The notes below the pieces were generated by a model. The model was not told the DNA's origin, did not search any database, and saw only the letters and a list, made by a program, of their open reading frames with translations. Made by a program: the position numbers and the translations under genes. A stretch of DNA of 64,000 nucleotides from contig MU054001.1 in the NCBI GenBank assembly GCA_013239625.1, forward strand, positions 5,124,167 to 5,188,166, read 5' to 3'. This stretch comes from Lama guanicoe. Lineage: Eukaryota. Positions 11,270 through 23,499 of the stretch are shown here, piece by piece. Each line of letters starts with the position of its first letter. Position 1 is the first letter of the stretch.

Positions 11270-13290
11270 TCTATTCATTTATCCAGATTTTACCATTTCC
11301 CCTGCATTTCCTTCACTCCCAAAATTCAAAGTTTTCTTCTGTTATCATTTCTCTTCTGCTTTAAGAAATTTATTTTACACTTATTTTAATGTAATTCTAC
11401 TGCTCATGAATTCTTTCTTAAAAATATTTTCATTCCAACTTCATTCATGAAAGATATTTCCTGTACATGGAATTTTGGATCAAAGGTGTTTTGTTTGTTT
11501 TCTTTTACTGTCAGCGCTTTAAAAATGTCCCATCACCTTAAAGCTTCCACGATTCATGACGAGAAGTCATCAGTAATTGGGATTGTTCTTCCATGTGTGT
11601 AATGCTTCTTTTTCCTCTGGCAGCTTTCAAAAGTTCTTTTATTTTTTTATTGTCTTTGGTTTTTATCAGTTTAATTATGATGTATCTTTGTGTGGATTTC
11701 TTTGAGTTTTTCCTATTTGGGGTTCACTGAGGTTTTTTTGAATACATAAGTTCATGTCTTGCCCCAAATTGGGAAATTCTTAGACATTGTTGCTTCCAAA
11801 ATTTTTTCTGCACCACACTCATTCTCTTCTTCTGATGCTCTAACAACACAATGTTAAACCCTTTGGTATTGTCCCATAGTTTCCTGAGGCTCTGTTCTTT
11901 TTTTTCCCCATTTTTTCTCCTCATTTTTCAGATTGGATACTTTATACTGATATAAATTTACTGACTCCTTCTGAAATCCATATTCTGCTATTGAATCAAT
12001 CAAATTTTATTTCAGTTATTATTGTTCTCATTTCTAATATTCCCATTTGATTTTTTATGGTTTCTATTTATTTCCTGTGACTTTCTATATTTCCCTTATT
12101 TCAAGAGCGTTTACCCTTAACTTTTTTGGCACATGATTATAAACAGCTGCTTTAAAGTCTGTCTGATAATTTCCACATCTTGGTTATCTCGGTTGTTATC
12201 TGCTCATAGTCTTTTCCTTTGCAAGTTGTTGAGGTTCTTTCCATATGCCAAATAATTTTGGACTGTATCCTAGACATTTTGAATATTTACATGATATGAC
12301 TTTGGATCTTCTTCCCCGCCCACCTCCCCCCTACCCTGCACTGGATCTTGTTTTAATATTATAAAGATTTTGTTTTAATGAAGCAATCAACTCAGTTACA
12401 TTCAGACCACACCAACTTTTAATGGGCTGTGGTTCCCATGTCAATTCAAACTTTTGCAGTGCTGTTTGGATTTGTTCCACATATGTACCACTCTGGGAAA
12501 TGATCAACCCTGTGTTTAGCCCTGAAAGCCTCACTCAGGTATGCTGTTCAGAACCAGGTCCACACATGGACTGCCTGTGAGAGAGCCATGAAGTTCATAC
12601 ATGACATTATGACATCTCTTTCTCAAACTGCCTCCACTCTTAATTCTCTCTGACATCCTGGCTCCCAGAATCTCCCCTTATGGTCTTGTTGCTAGGAAGA
12701 TGAGTTTTAGTCTCCCTGCTCTGCTGCCCAGTTCTCACAGCTAAATCTGCCTCTGAGGTCAAGTGGCAGGAAGACAGAGAGAGATTTCCCTGCATTACTT
12801 AGTTCATTAACAATTTCTCTGGTCACAGAGGCTTCCCCTTCCTCAGAATTTCAGATATCAGCTGGCAGCCACTACCATTTCTGCCCTGCCCCTGCCCAGC
12901 TGCCGCCCAACCACTGTGGGATTAAGCTTTGGAATTGAGGATTGCCTGCAAGCTGGAATAAAAGAAAAAGAAAACCATGAAACAAAAAACCAGGGGATTT
13001 TCTCTACTTTCTCTGTTCTGTAGGTGCCCCCCTTCTCATTCTTTGGACTAGAAATAAATGAATTCTCCTGAAGCTCCTTCCGCTCATACTGACTGTGAAG
13101 TTCCAGGATTTGGGCTTAGCTTGAGCCCAGGTCTGCAGAATCAGAAAGAAAAAAATAATCATCTGTCAGCTACTGTTAAATGTTCAGTCTTTAGATAGCT
13201 GATCCACTCATTCTTCCCAGATTTGCAGTTGCATTCAGCAGACAATACAGAGTGGACTCTGCTTTGTCCCTCTTACGCAAACCAGAACCT
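11270..13290 (-). mobile_element. Old L1M 5'UTR and ORF1
   Basis: Minus ORF 11724-11924 'KKEQSLRKLWDNTKGFNI' matches the ORF1p 'EQSLR.LWDNIK..NI' motif; L1M 5'UTR-like sequence continues to about 13.29 kb. Confidence 0.8.
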
Positions 13291-13399
13291 CTCTGCCTTA
13301 GGTTCTGGTTTCTCCAAATTATACAGTAGTGTCTGGAAATGAAAGGCCTTGTGTCAAACTTTTTCTGTAGCTCCCACAGTTCCTAAAACTATGTGCTGC

Positions 13400-13580
13400 A
13401 AACCAGGATATGAACTTTACATGCATTACATAATTTCATCTTCATAGCAACTCTAAGATGAAGTCTTCTCACTCCCATTTTACAGACCAAGAGACAAGGT
13501 CCAAAAGAGTTGAATAACTTGTCTGATGTCACACAGTTAGTAACAGGTGGACCAGGATTCTAACTCATGTCTGTAGACCC
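13400..13580 (-). mobile_element. MIR SINE
   Basis: 'cccattttacagaccaagagacaaggtcc...aacttgtctgatgtcacacag'. Confidence 0.75.
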
Positions 13581-16519
13581 TTTTACTTGTGTCAGGGATA
13601 TAAACCTTATAAGAATGTTCAACGTTGAAATTATTATTAGTGCTTTATTACAAAGAAAGAAACAGCCTCAGAGAAGCAACATGACAAGTCAGGATTCAAA
13701 CTACAGAATTGAAAGCTAAACTCCACATTTACTGCTCCACGGGAAAGTTTTGTGGCTAGATCTGTAGAAAGGACTCAACAAATATTTCAAAACAGAAATT
13801 TTCGAAAGGTAAAAAGTGCCTCAACACAAGAGAATACTTTTATCATAATAAGAACACTGGGTTAATGTTTTATGTCCTCACAGCATTGCTTATTAATTCA
13901 CAAAATGTGTTCTTCCATTACTTTATAGATGTAGTTCTCCCTTCTCTTTGTTTCATTTGTTGCAATATTCCAGCTTTTTAATTTCCTAAATGTTTTCAGC
14001 TGGAGCAGCTGAATTTTAATCTGGTTGTTGCCCACATTTCCCATGTAAGGGCAAACTGAAAAGCAATTTCTTTTCTGTACAGTCGTCTCCTGCTTCCCCG
14101 AACACGGATAGCATTGCTGTCAACCTGGAGCCATGTGGTTTCTCTCATCAGAACAGAGGGGGTGATCACATCTGAAATTTATACAAGACTCCATTCAGTG
14201 AGGCTGACCCTCCCCCCAGATGGAAACCCATTCACCATGGCCTTTGAGTCCTTCAGGTGGAATAAAGCTGTTACTATAATGATAGTTTATGAAATGAGAG
14301 TAAATATAGTGGCCTTGCATCAGAGAGCTTTCTATAGCAGAGAAGATTATAATAAAGACAGAAAACACATTGTGACCCCCTTCTTGCTGCATTACCATAA
14401 CAACACAGCTTTGTGGCTCCAGTGGGGCAAGGAATCAGGCCAGAGACTTACAGATGTTTTATTGATGTGCAGATTTTTCAGTGTCAAGATGGGAGAAGGA
14501 TTTCTCTCAGGTTTATTTTCCTAGGTAATTGATGGAAGATAAATTCAACAAACTGATCAGCCTTTGGAAATCTTTTTACCAGTGGATTCTCAAACTCTCT
14601 TACTAGTGAATTAAAAATTTTTATTTGAGAGAGAGAGACTTGTAAAATCAAAACAAAACATACTTCACTGAAATTAAACTCTTTGAAAGAATGCCTTGGT
14701 ATCTCAGAAATTTTCTGCCCTCTCCTTTGAGCCTCTCCTTTCATGTCTTTCCTTTATAGGTTTTAATTTAGTGAACACAGAGGCTGTTCCAATGTGCACA
14801 GCTAATCTACCTCAAAGAGACCTCCCTCACACAGACAAACGCACACATTACTACTGTCAATTGCAGGAGAAAAAGTATATAATTTTGTAAGGCAAGTTTT
14901 CAAGTAATCTACCCCTAAGGCTCCTGGAATTGAGCTGAATTTTCATCCTTTGGATGGATGGAATGTTCAAAAAGACTTTTCCCTAATAGCTTGAGATTAT
15001 GGTTTCCTAGGGTAGGAAATGGGATCTACACCCAGTGGCCAACAAGAGTCAATCCCATATTTCCTGAAGATCTCTGGTTGGCAGCATTAGGGCCATTTGG
15101 AACTTTTGAAGTTGATGTCTGGATATTGTTTACCTTGCACACAGCTGAGGAGTCTTTAAAATTACAAAAGAAATTTTTAAAAAGAGAAAAATATGTTCTA
15201 GCAACAATTACAAAAACAAGAACTTTACCCCACTGAGTTTTATAGATCTAGTTGCAGGTGGTGAGCTCACAGATGGCAGAGAGTGAAGTCACCAACTGAG
15301 GAGAAGATCTTGCCTGGTGCCAGAGAACCACAAGTCATGGGGGGAAAAAAAAAAAGACCTACATGGAGCCAGGTGTCCCAGAGTCTGAGAATGGAAGTCA
15401 AGCTGGGAGTAGGTTCAATTGTTGATTTCCTTGCAGGTCAAGACCTCAGAGGTGGGTCAGAAGGCCAATGGGCCCAAGAATGTGATGAGGGCTTCCTCAA
15501 ATGTCATTAGATTCTCATTCTAGTTTGTAATTTTCCTCCAGCACCAACTTCCTTAACATACACTTTTATTAGAGACTTGGGACAGGTCATATAGATAAAT
15601 GTAAAACAAAACATTTTTGAAAGAAGAAAATCAAAAGCAAATGTGGAGTAGTGTGTGTATGTGTGTTTTGATGACATCACTGCCAGGTTACTTTGTATGT
15701 GATTAGACCAATTGTTATTTACAAAATAATTTGGTAATTTATGTGAATTGTAAAATTAACCAACATTCTAATTTTTTTCAAATAATACATTTTTCCTAAA
15801 ATTGTTTTTATTATTTATTGAACATTTTATTGTTGTCCTTATCTCCCACACATAAAGCACTCTCCTAGGCATTTGAGGGTGTAAAATTAAGATGAATGAG
15901 GTATGATTTTTGCCCTTAAAGTATTTAGCATGGAATAGGATGGAAGCAAGATGGTTATGAATAAGTACACAAAGTAGAATGTTACGAATGCCATTAAGAT
16001 GTTTTAATACGTGACATGGTTGTTTAAACAACTCAATTTTTCACTAGAGTATCTGGTTGGGAGTACAGCCTCCTTTGCTCAATGAGTAAATTAAGAAGTG
16101 AATGAAGTAATGAGTCATTAAGATGAGATTCCAGGGGAGTCAAGAGGAAGTAGAGATTACTTCTCTGGAGCTGAAGTCAGGGAGTATAACAGAGGAGTTG
16201 CCATTTGAGCCTTAACTGTAGAGAGAATTGAGTATTTGGAGATGAGAGGAAGGGCTTTCCAGGACAAGAGAGCAACAGGAGCACATGCTCAGCAGTGGGA
16301 TAATGAGGGATGTGCTTGGCAATGTGTAAGCCATCCAGTTCTGCTGAGCAACGATCACAATATCACCGAAATACATTGGAACAAAAATAAAACTAACTAA
16401 GCCAGGCACTTGCTGCCCTGGCAGGATTAGCAAAATGTGGGACGCAGCCCCACTGAGAAGTGGTTTGTCATTTGGAGGAGACCAAGTCCTGGAAACATCA
16501 AAGTCAGCCAAAATGACAT

Positions 16520-16670
16520 TAAAAGGTGGACAAGCGATCTAAATTCTCTGGGCCTAGTTTTCTTCATCCATAAAATGGTGCTACTAGTATCTATATGGCA
16601 AGGTCATTTTGAGGGTTATGTAAAGTTAGGACTATAAATTAGCTGGTGTATAATAGACACTTATTATTAT
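16520..16670 (+). mobile_element. MIR SINE fragment
   Basis: 'tctctgggcctagttttcttcatccataaaatgg'. Confidence 0.65.
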
Positions 16671-16959
16671 TTTTGTTAATAATAATAGCAATAATAACAG
16701 CTGACATTATTTAGCCAGGTGTGCCTATGTGAGTACCATTCATTTGAATTCTACTGAGCTTATGTGATTATAGATAATAAGACATCTAAATAACTTGCCC
16801 ATTAAGTTCATTCTCTATTTTGTGATTTATCTCATGCATTGATCTGCTCAGCTGCATCTGGTTAGAAATGTTAAGCCCTGTCATCATCAGAAATTTAGTG
16901 CATTTCACATAGATGAACATAACATGTTTTCAAAGGAAGCAAGCTGAAGAAGAAAACAG

Positions 16960-17225
16960 GTAGGCAGCAGAGCGTGCTGGTGGAGGCGGTAAATGTTTCG
17001 AAGCTCAATCAAAATTCAAATCCCTTTTCGGTCCCTTACTATCCCTGTGACCTTGTGTAGATTACCTGACCTCTTTAAGCCTTGATTGCCTCATTGTCGA
17101 AGGGTGATGATGGAGATTATGACAGCCATAACAACAAAACAACAGCAACAATAATATCTATCTCACGTAGTCTCTGTGTGAAGCACAGTTCCTGGAACAC
17201 AGTAAGAATTACTACTATTTATTAT
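16960..17225 (+). mobile_element. MIR SINE
   Basis: 'aggcagcagagcgtgctgg...ctgtgaccttgtgtagattacctgacctctttaagcctt'. Confidence 0.65.
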
Positions 17226-18331
17226 CATCTTATTTCCCTTTTCTTTCTCCTTGAAAGTTCCAATGTCATGAGACCAGGGCTTGTGGGAAGGATGAATTTC
17301 CATATGTGGTAATGGAGGACAGCATATTTGTTTCACTGCTGGAAAATCTGAATCCTGATCCTAGCTCTGCCACCAGCTCATTATATGACTTTGGCGACTT
17401 AATCTTAGTTTCTTCACTTGCTGAATGCAAAAGTTAGACTAGATGCGTTCCATCTTCAAGGTCTGTCATTTTAGGATTCTGTGTACCTACTATATGAAAT
17501 GTCCCACCAAACTGAGTCTGTGTGTACATTTCAAGAGACAGTTTGAAAGATCAACCAAGCTAATGCACCACTTCACATATTTATTTCGTTTATCTAAATA
17601 TTCAAAAGCTGCATAAAATATTTAAAAAATCAAACCTCTGTTTGAATGCATACTGCCATAGAGAAACCCATACTCCTTCCTTTAACTCAGATCTGTATTT
17701 GGATAAAAGTTGTATTGGGCAGGGTAGAATTCAGTAGGAAAATTTTAGTCTCTCCAAAGTTTTGGAAACCTGAGTAGAAAACATTCAGGTGTTTACTGAG
17801 TTTTTGACTTAGTAATGAGGCTAAGTATATTGAATAGACTCAAATTAACTCTATAGCTGTCAGCTCTCAGGATTGAAAGATATCCCAAAACCATTTGAAA
17901 ATTCCTGTATGTTATTGATAGAGATGATTTGGAGAGCAATTTTTTATATAATGGCCCCACAGAGCTGGGGGTGAGTATTTTCAAGCTTCTCTGGGCACCT
18001 GAGAATGCACAGATTCTGTTTTTCAGAATCTAAATGGCAGAGGCATATTCTGTCTAGTCTTCTTGGTGCATTTTGGAGTGCAGCCTGGATCCTGTGGTGT
18101 GCCACGTACCTTCACCACTTTGATCCTCAAACAGAAAATATATGGAAAACTGGGGCTGCACACAGGCAAAGGAAACCAGAGATGTGCAATTTCTAAACAG
18201 AACCCTGGACAGCCCAGAAAAGCCTTTATCCTCTATCTAGCACCCTGGACAGCTCACAAAAAACCTCCTTCCAGCAAGACTTTGTCTTCTATCTAGCACA
18301 AAATCTTCCAGTATGGCTCCTAACAGTGGTC

Positions 18332-18446
18332 CAGTGCCCAGATAAGGGTGAGGCAAACAAGACATCTAGGTACACTCCAAGAGTGGATGCCTCCTTAAAT
18401 TTTGCACCCTAGGTGCTTTGCATGCCTTGTCCTAGTTTTACCTCTG
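18332..18446. mobile_element. hAT MER53-like, internally deleted
   Basis: 'agggtgaggc' at one end and 'gcctccttaaattttgcaccctaggtgc' near the other. Confidence 0.7.
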
Positions 18447-18459
18447 AGGCTGTCTACAG

Positions 18460-19260
18460 TTTGTTCATTCAGTGAACCTTCACTGAGTTCCTAGTAAGTG
18501 CCTGTCACTGTGCTACATCCTGGCAAGACTAACACAACAGTCTCTCTCCCCATGAGGTTTTGTTTCTTCAGGGAATTGCAAGTCGATATGACTGGAATCA
18601 TTTGCAGAGGTGGAAACATTTCAAAAAATGATTTGGGGGAAGTGAGCAGGAAACAGAATGTGGATGTCTTTGTGTACCACAATCAGGAGGATAAAGCTTT
18701 TTGAAGCTCCATGATGTTTAAAGCTCCATGACTAAGGAAACATCTTTGTGTTGTTAGTTACTGTAAACACAGCATCCAGCAAGAGAATAGGAAGGGGCTC
18801 AATATTTTTGTGCTGTGTGTGATAGTGAGCCATTGGATTTTAAGAAGAGTAGTAGATTTTTCCATTTTGCATTTTATAAATATCACTCTGGCAGTGTTAC
18901 AGAGGATGGATTAGAGGGAAGAGAGACTAAATGTAAGAAGACCAGTCATAAGATGACTGCAGTGGATAAAGCAAAAGATGATAAAAGCCAGTAACAAACC
19001 CAAAATAGATATGAGCAACAGGATACGAGAAAACGAAGAATATGGAATTAACAGAAGTTTAGTAGGAGATGTAGATTTTGTGAAGAAGATTATTCACTTT
19101 GGGAGAGCTTTGGGTTTGAAGTGGCTTTGCAACATCAAAGTGAAGGTTACTAGGGAGCAATTGTTCTGAGTCAAGCCAGCAGTTGGGGCTGGAGAATATA
19201 GATTTGTTTCCAGAAACAGTTATGGGCTTCATGGAGTCATTTACTACCTCTCATAAGAAA
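18460..19260 (-). mobile_element. L2 LINE fragments
   Basis: 'ttcattcagtgaaccttcactgag...gtgcctgtcactgtgcta' and 'atcactctggcagtgttacagaggatggatt'. Confidence 0.6.
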
Positions 19261-19449
19261 AATAGTAGGGGCTTGAGTTGCAGAGAGAGGCAAGTAAGGA
19301 AGAATAACAAGACTAGACTATCTAAATTCTAATGCCCCCATGACAATTACATTTTGATGGACCTGTTTTCTCACTCATACAGTAAAGTTATTCATTCAGG
19401 TTATCTCTTTGTTCCTTTCAAATTTTATGTCCTCTGGCTCTTCTAATTC

Positions 19450-19632
19450 AGAGTTAAAAAGTCTAATATCTACAGAGACAAGGTAAATTTATCTAAATTA
19501 GTGAAGCTGGCAGGAGACTATGATAATTTGGAGATTATATGAGTACACATAGAGTATATACAGAGGACACACAGAGAACATATAGAGAACACTTATATCC
19601 AAATAACTATTGCCACATGAAAATTTAGACAT
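19450..19632 (+). mobile_element. MER103C-like 5' half, interrupted by the ERVL provirus
   Basis: 'cagag...ctacagagacaaggta...agtgaagctgg...ttgccacatgaaaat'; continues at 22571. Confidence 0.6.
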
Positions 19633-20012
19633 TGGAAGATGCCTGTAAAAGTAGATGAAGATACCATGTCACATCCTCATGGCCTAGTTCTTGTTTCAGC
19701 TATAGGGAGACAGATCCATGTGAGCTCTTAGTCACCTTGGGATGACAACATCCTATCTTTCTGCCTCGAGATCTCGACTAATGTTTTGGAGTGTGCTGGT
19801 TGCATACAAGTGAAGCCCCAAAACGAAGTGGGCAAGTTACATCCCAAGGGACCAACACTCAACCAATGTAGGGTGAGAGCTTGTGGACAAATGCTCCAGC
19901 CTCTCATCTTTCTGGTGGATAATTTTAGGAGACATTCCGTGTTTTTCAGAAGTTGGAACGAAATCGAACCCTTGTTACCTTTAGCAAAAATCTTGATAAG
20001 TCACCTTTATAT
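19633..20012 (+). mobile_element. ERVL 5' LTR, LTR16-family (3' part lost)
   Basis: 'ctcaaccaatgtagggtgagagcttgtggacaaatgctccagcctc...tcacctttat'; begins TG right after GACAT. Confidence 0.75.
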
Positions 20013-20112
20013 TGTAAAACATAGAAATTCTCCATGGAAGTTTTAAAGTGATTCTTAGTCTCTTATGGCTGGAGATGGAATGCACAGCTTTAACAGATCT
20101 CCTATACTAAAG

Positions 20113-22071
20113 TCAGGACCATGTTAAGGAAAGATTAGGGCCCTGAAATGTGGACTTGGGACATTTGGGTAGATGCATCTGTAAAACCTGAACTCCTGGA
20201 TTTCCCTGAATTCTCTTGGGCAATAGACATAGCCTGCTTTCTCTTCTTAGAGGAAAGCCTTCTCTCTCCAGGGGACCTTTCCTGGGGTGGTTGTTTCTCA
20301 AAATAATGATGTTTTCCAAAAGATCTACTCCCGCCTCCCCTCATTGCTTCCCTACCAATAATTAGACCAATAACAAGTCCCAACATAGGTAAGGTGAAAT
20401 AAAATCCCTTTTTAAAGAATAAAAAGCTTACTAACAAAAAGATTTTAGGACTTGGCCAATATGCACTGGCAGGAGCCTGGGAAACATGTGAAAGACGATT
20501 GTGAGGAGTTGGACCATGTGGGACAGAATGCAAAGCTGAACGAGGGCAAATCTGTTGATATGGGAGTACTATCCTATGACTTAGAACTTAACATTCTAGT
20601 AAGGGCAGGTGGAGCTGGTCTATCAAGCTTCTGGAATAATTCCTTGAAGCTTGGGAATGATGATGGAGTATGATAAACGAACTGAGTATGGCAGAGTATT
20701 GTGGGTAAATCTGTTGATATGGGAGTACTATCCTATGACTTAGAACTTAACATTCTAGTAAGGGCAGGTGGAGCTGGTCTATCAAGCTTCTGGAATAATT
20801 CCTTGAAGCTTGGGAATGATGATGGAGTATGATAAACGAACTGAGTATGGCAGAGTATTGTGGGTAAATCTGTTGATATGGGAGTACTATCCTATGACTT
20901 AGAACTTAACATTCTAGTAAGGGCAGGTGGAGCTGGTCTATCAAGCTTCTGGAATAATTCCTTGAAGCTTGGGAATGATGATGGAGTATGATAAACGAAC
21001 TGAGTATGGCAGAGTATTGTGAAATGAGTAGTAAAGCTTAGGGAAGTAAAAATGCTGGAATGAGTACCCTCTACCTAGCTGTTTCCCTAGGAGGGCCCAG
21101 AAGCCATACCCTTCACTAGACAACTAGGCGTATACCACTGAGGAAGCACCAGCATGACTGAAAAGTCCAGTGGTGGTTGACTGCTGAAAGACAGGACCAA
21201 CTGCAGGACCTACTGTGGTGGAACGGGGCTCCAGAGTTTCAGAAGCCAGCTGGTAGCACTTTACATCAGAGCAAAGTGGTCACAGTTGGCAGCAAAGCTA
21301 GGATGGCAACCAGAGTTCTTTGACTCACAGGAATCTGTCAGAATGGTTAATAGATGGTGACATCCTTAGGGGTGAGGTAGTCAAGAGGCTGAACAGGGTA
21401 TTGCTTGACTTGTGTAATGGGAAGTAATTAAGAATTGATGAGCAGAGGCAGTATCCACCACAGCAATGGAAAATTGCAGCTCCTCAATCAATTTCTAGAC
21501 ATGAATCAGTTTTTAGCTTCAGGGTCTATTGGTTGAAGGGAGTCTGGTTTGTCTTGAAGAAAGACCCTGACATGCCACCACAATAATATTTTACTTACTT
21601 ATTCAATAAATATTTTCTTAATCCTTCCCTAACGAACTGGTAGCAATTTATGAGATTGAGTCTAAACAGAGAAAAAGAGGAATACCCAGAATTTACTAGG
21701 GCTATTGCATACTAAGTCAGAGATCACAGTGATGCTAGGGGAAACAAAACAACATCGTGGCCCCTTGGTTAGAGTACATGCTTAGAACTGATAATAAGTG
21801 AAACCCTGACCGAAGTTCATCTTACAGTGGATCCAGGGAGGCAATGGATCTACCCAGTTCTGGAGTATATAAGTGGGATGGATATACTCAACTTTTGGCA
21901 TAATTTTCACATCAGTCCCTGACCTGTAGGACAAGAACCACTAAGACAGAAAAGGCCAAGTGGAAACAAAATACTCCATCTTGCAGCCAAGATATATATT
22001 AGAAGAAATACCGTGTACTAGGAGAAATTAGAGTTTGTAGCTAATACTTCTAATAGGTCAAAGGGGTGGAC
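20113..22071 (+). mobile_element. Decayed ERV-L (HERV16/ERV3-16A3-like) internal region: gag, protease, PPT; pol largely deleted
   Basis: ORF 20452-20673 'ANMHWQEPGK...LDHVGQNAKLNEGKSVDMGVLSYD' resembles ERV-L Gag (QEPGE..W..LD.GGRNI.LD..EFIDMG.LSRD); 21693-21740 LLGLLHTKSEITVMLG is a decayed protease LLDTGSE motif; PPT 'aaaggggtggac' at 22060-22071. Confidence 0.85.
20544..21020. repeat. Tandem triplication, 3 x 159 bp
   Basis: Copies at 20544-20702, 20703-20861 and 20862-21020 are identical except unit position 4 (C in copy 1, T in copies 2 and 3). Confidence 0.98.
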
Positions 22072-22570
22072 TGCAGTATATACTTTTTGGTACTCTGTCA
22101 TATCTCCATGTTCTGCTTCTGATTTCAGTTGCAACTCTGGTGGACAATTCTGATTCACTTACCAAGGACAGCATCTCACCTTAGACTTGTCCTACATGCC
22201 TTTCTCTTTATAGGTACAGTCTTCTCCAGTCATGGGAGTCCAAATCAGTTTACAAAGAAGCATGGCTTGGTCTGTAAAAGTGTGCAGAAGTGTAAGGAAG
22301 TTAATATCTCCAGGGGAGAGGGGCACTGTGCATAGATGTCATAACCTCTGGTCTTTTTGGAAAGCTTTCTGCCTACATCCCAGAAATTCCAGTGCAATCA
22401 AGCCTCTGTTGCTTCCACCATGAATTACTCTTTTGTCAGCTTTTCCTTCTTATCTGTTTCATCTTCCTGCTCCCTTACTATTGATTTCTGGGGTCAATTT
22501 CCCACAAAAACTACCTATACTCAACCTCTGTCTCAGTGCCTGCTTTCTGGGGAAACCAAGCTATAAAACA
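22072..22570 (+). mobile_element. ERVL 3' LTR, LTR16-family
   Basis: TG immediately after the PPT; ends 'tgtctcagtgcctgctttctggggaaaccaagctataaaaca', followed by GACTT. Confidence 0.8.
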
Positions 22571-22748
22571 GACTTGATGCTGCCAGATCTTCCAATTCTT
22601 ATATAGAACCTGGAAATCTGGATTTCTATGATAAACTCCTGATTTTTAAATAGCAGCTACTAATTAATTAAGGGAAAAAAACATGTCAGCCCATCATAAC
22701 ACACCTAATATGCATTCTTGCTGCTGTGAACCACTAGTGCACAACTTT
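22571..22748 (+). mobile_element. MER103C-like 3' half
   Basis: 'gctgccagatcttcc...ggaaatctggatttctatg...ctcctgatttttaaat'. Confidence 0.7.
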
Positions 22749-23499
22749 AATTCTCACAAAGTTCTGTATTGTCTAGGATATTGTCCTGAGACTTTGGTGG
22801 CATAAGTTATTAGTCTGACAGGGTGAAGTAGAGAGAATTGTGTTCAGAGCCTTCTCCACCCTCTCAACTACAAAGAAAAGCAAAATGAAAGGAAATGTAT
22901 TTAGACTAACGCATTAGGCATGACTTGGTGTCCATGCATAGAACATGTCATTTAATTCTCATCTGACCTCAATTTCAAGTATACAACAAAATATAAATTA
23001 ATGTACTGTTATGTCTTGTGCAGACTGGAGCTTGAGCATTCTTTGAGCTTGGATGTAAAATTTGGTATTGGAGCTGCGCACCTTGTCCACTGAGAGTTTA
23101 GCTCTGGCTCCAGTGATGAAGCCACTGAACTGGTTGTCAGCCTCAGGCAATGGCTACTTGAGGGAGTAAAAATCATGCACCAGTGTCTGAGTCGTCAATG
23201 CCCATGTCCCCTGGGAGGGTCCTGCTTGGTCATGTGTATCTAAGCACACAACCTTGGTTACCCAGGAAACCAAGGCCAAGTGGGTCTTGATGCTTTTTCT
23301 ATGGCCATGATGTCAGATGAGATGTTTCCAGAGAGTTCAGCTGTGAGCATCTTAGAGATGAAGGATTCATGTAGATGCCTTCATAAATGCATGTGACGAG
23401 TGTGATCAGAGGCAATTTGTGGTGACAAATACCACTGAACACTGGAGCAAATTGCTATTACTCTGAAGGTCTTGTGCCTTGGTATACAAAATGAAGATA

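Noticed and set aside
14114..14524. 136-aa ORF and the other ORFs over 100 aa (e.g. 2717-3124, 39438-39842, 54475-54888, 56567-56959)
   Set aside because: No recognisable domains; several begin at non-ATG codons or overlap repeats; lengths are compatible with chance in 64 kb.
19545..19592. Degenerate 11-bp tandem repeat, and the small duplication at about 33848-33903
   Set aside because: Ordinary slippage duplications inside old transposons.
20452..20673. 73-aa Gag-like ORF as a domesticated Fv1-like gene
   Set aside because: It is short, drifts out of the gag frame and is surrounded by decayed sequence; there is no sign of ORF preservation.
20544..21020. 159-bp array as a CRISPR-like array or a coding repeat
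   Set aside because: There are no unique spacers, the context is a mammalian ERV, and the gag frame is interrupted by a frameshift and stops in each unit.
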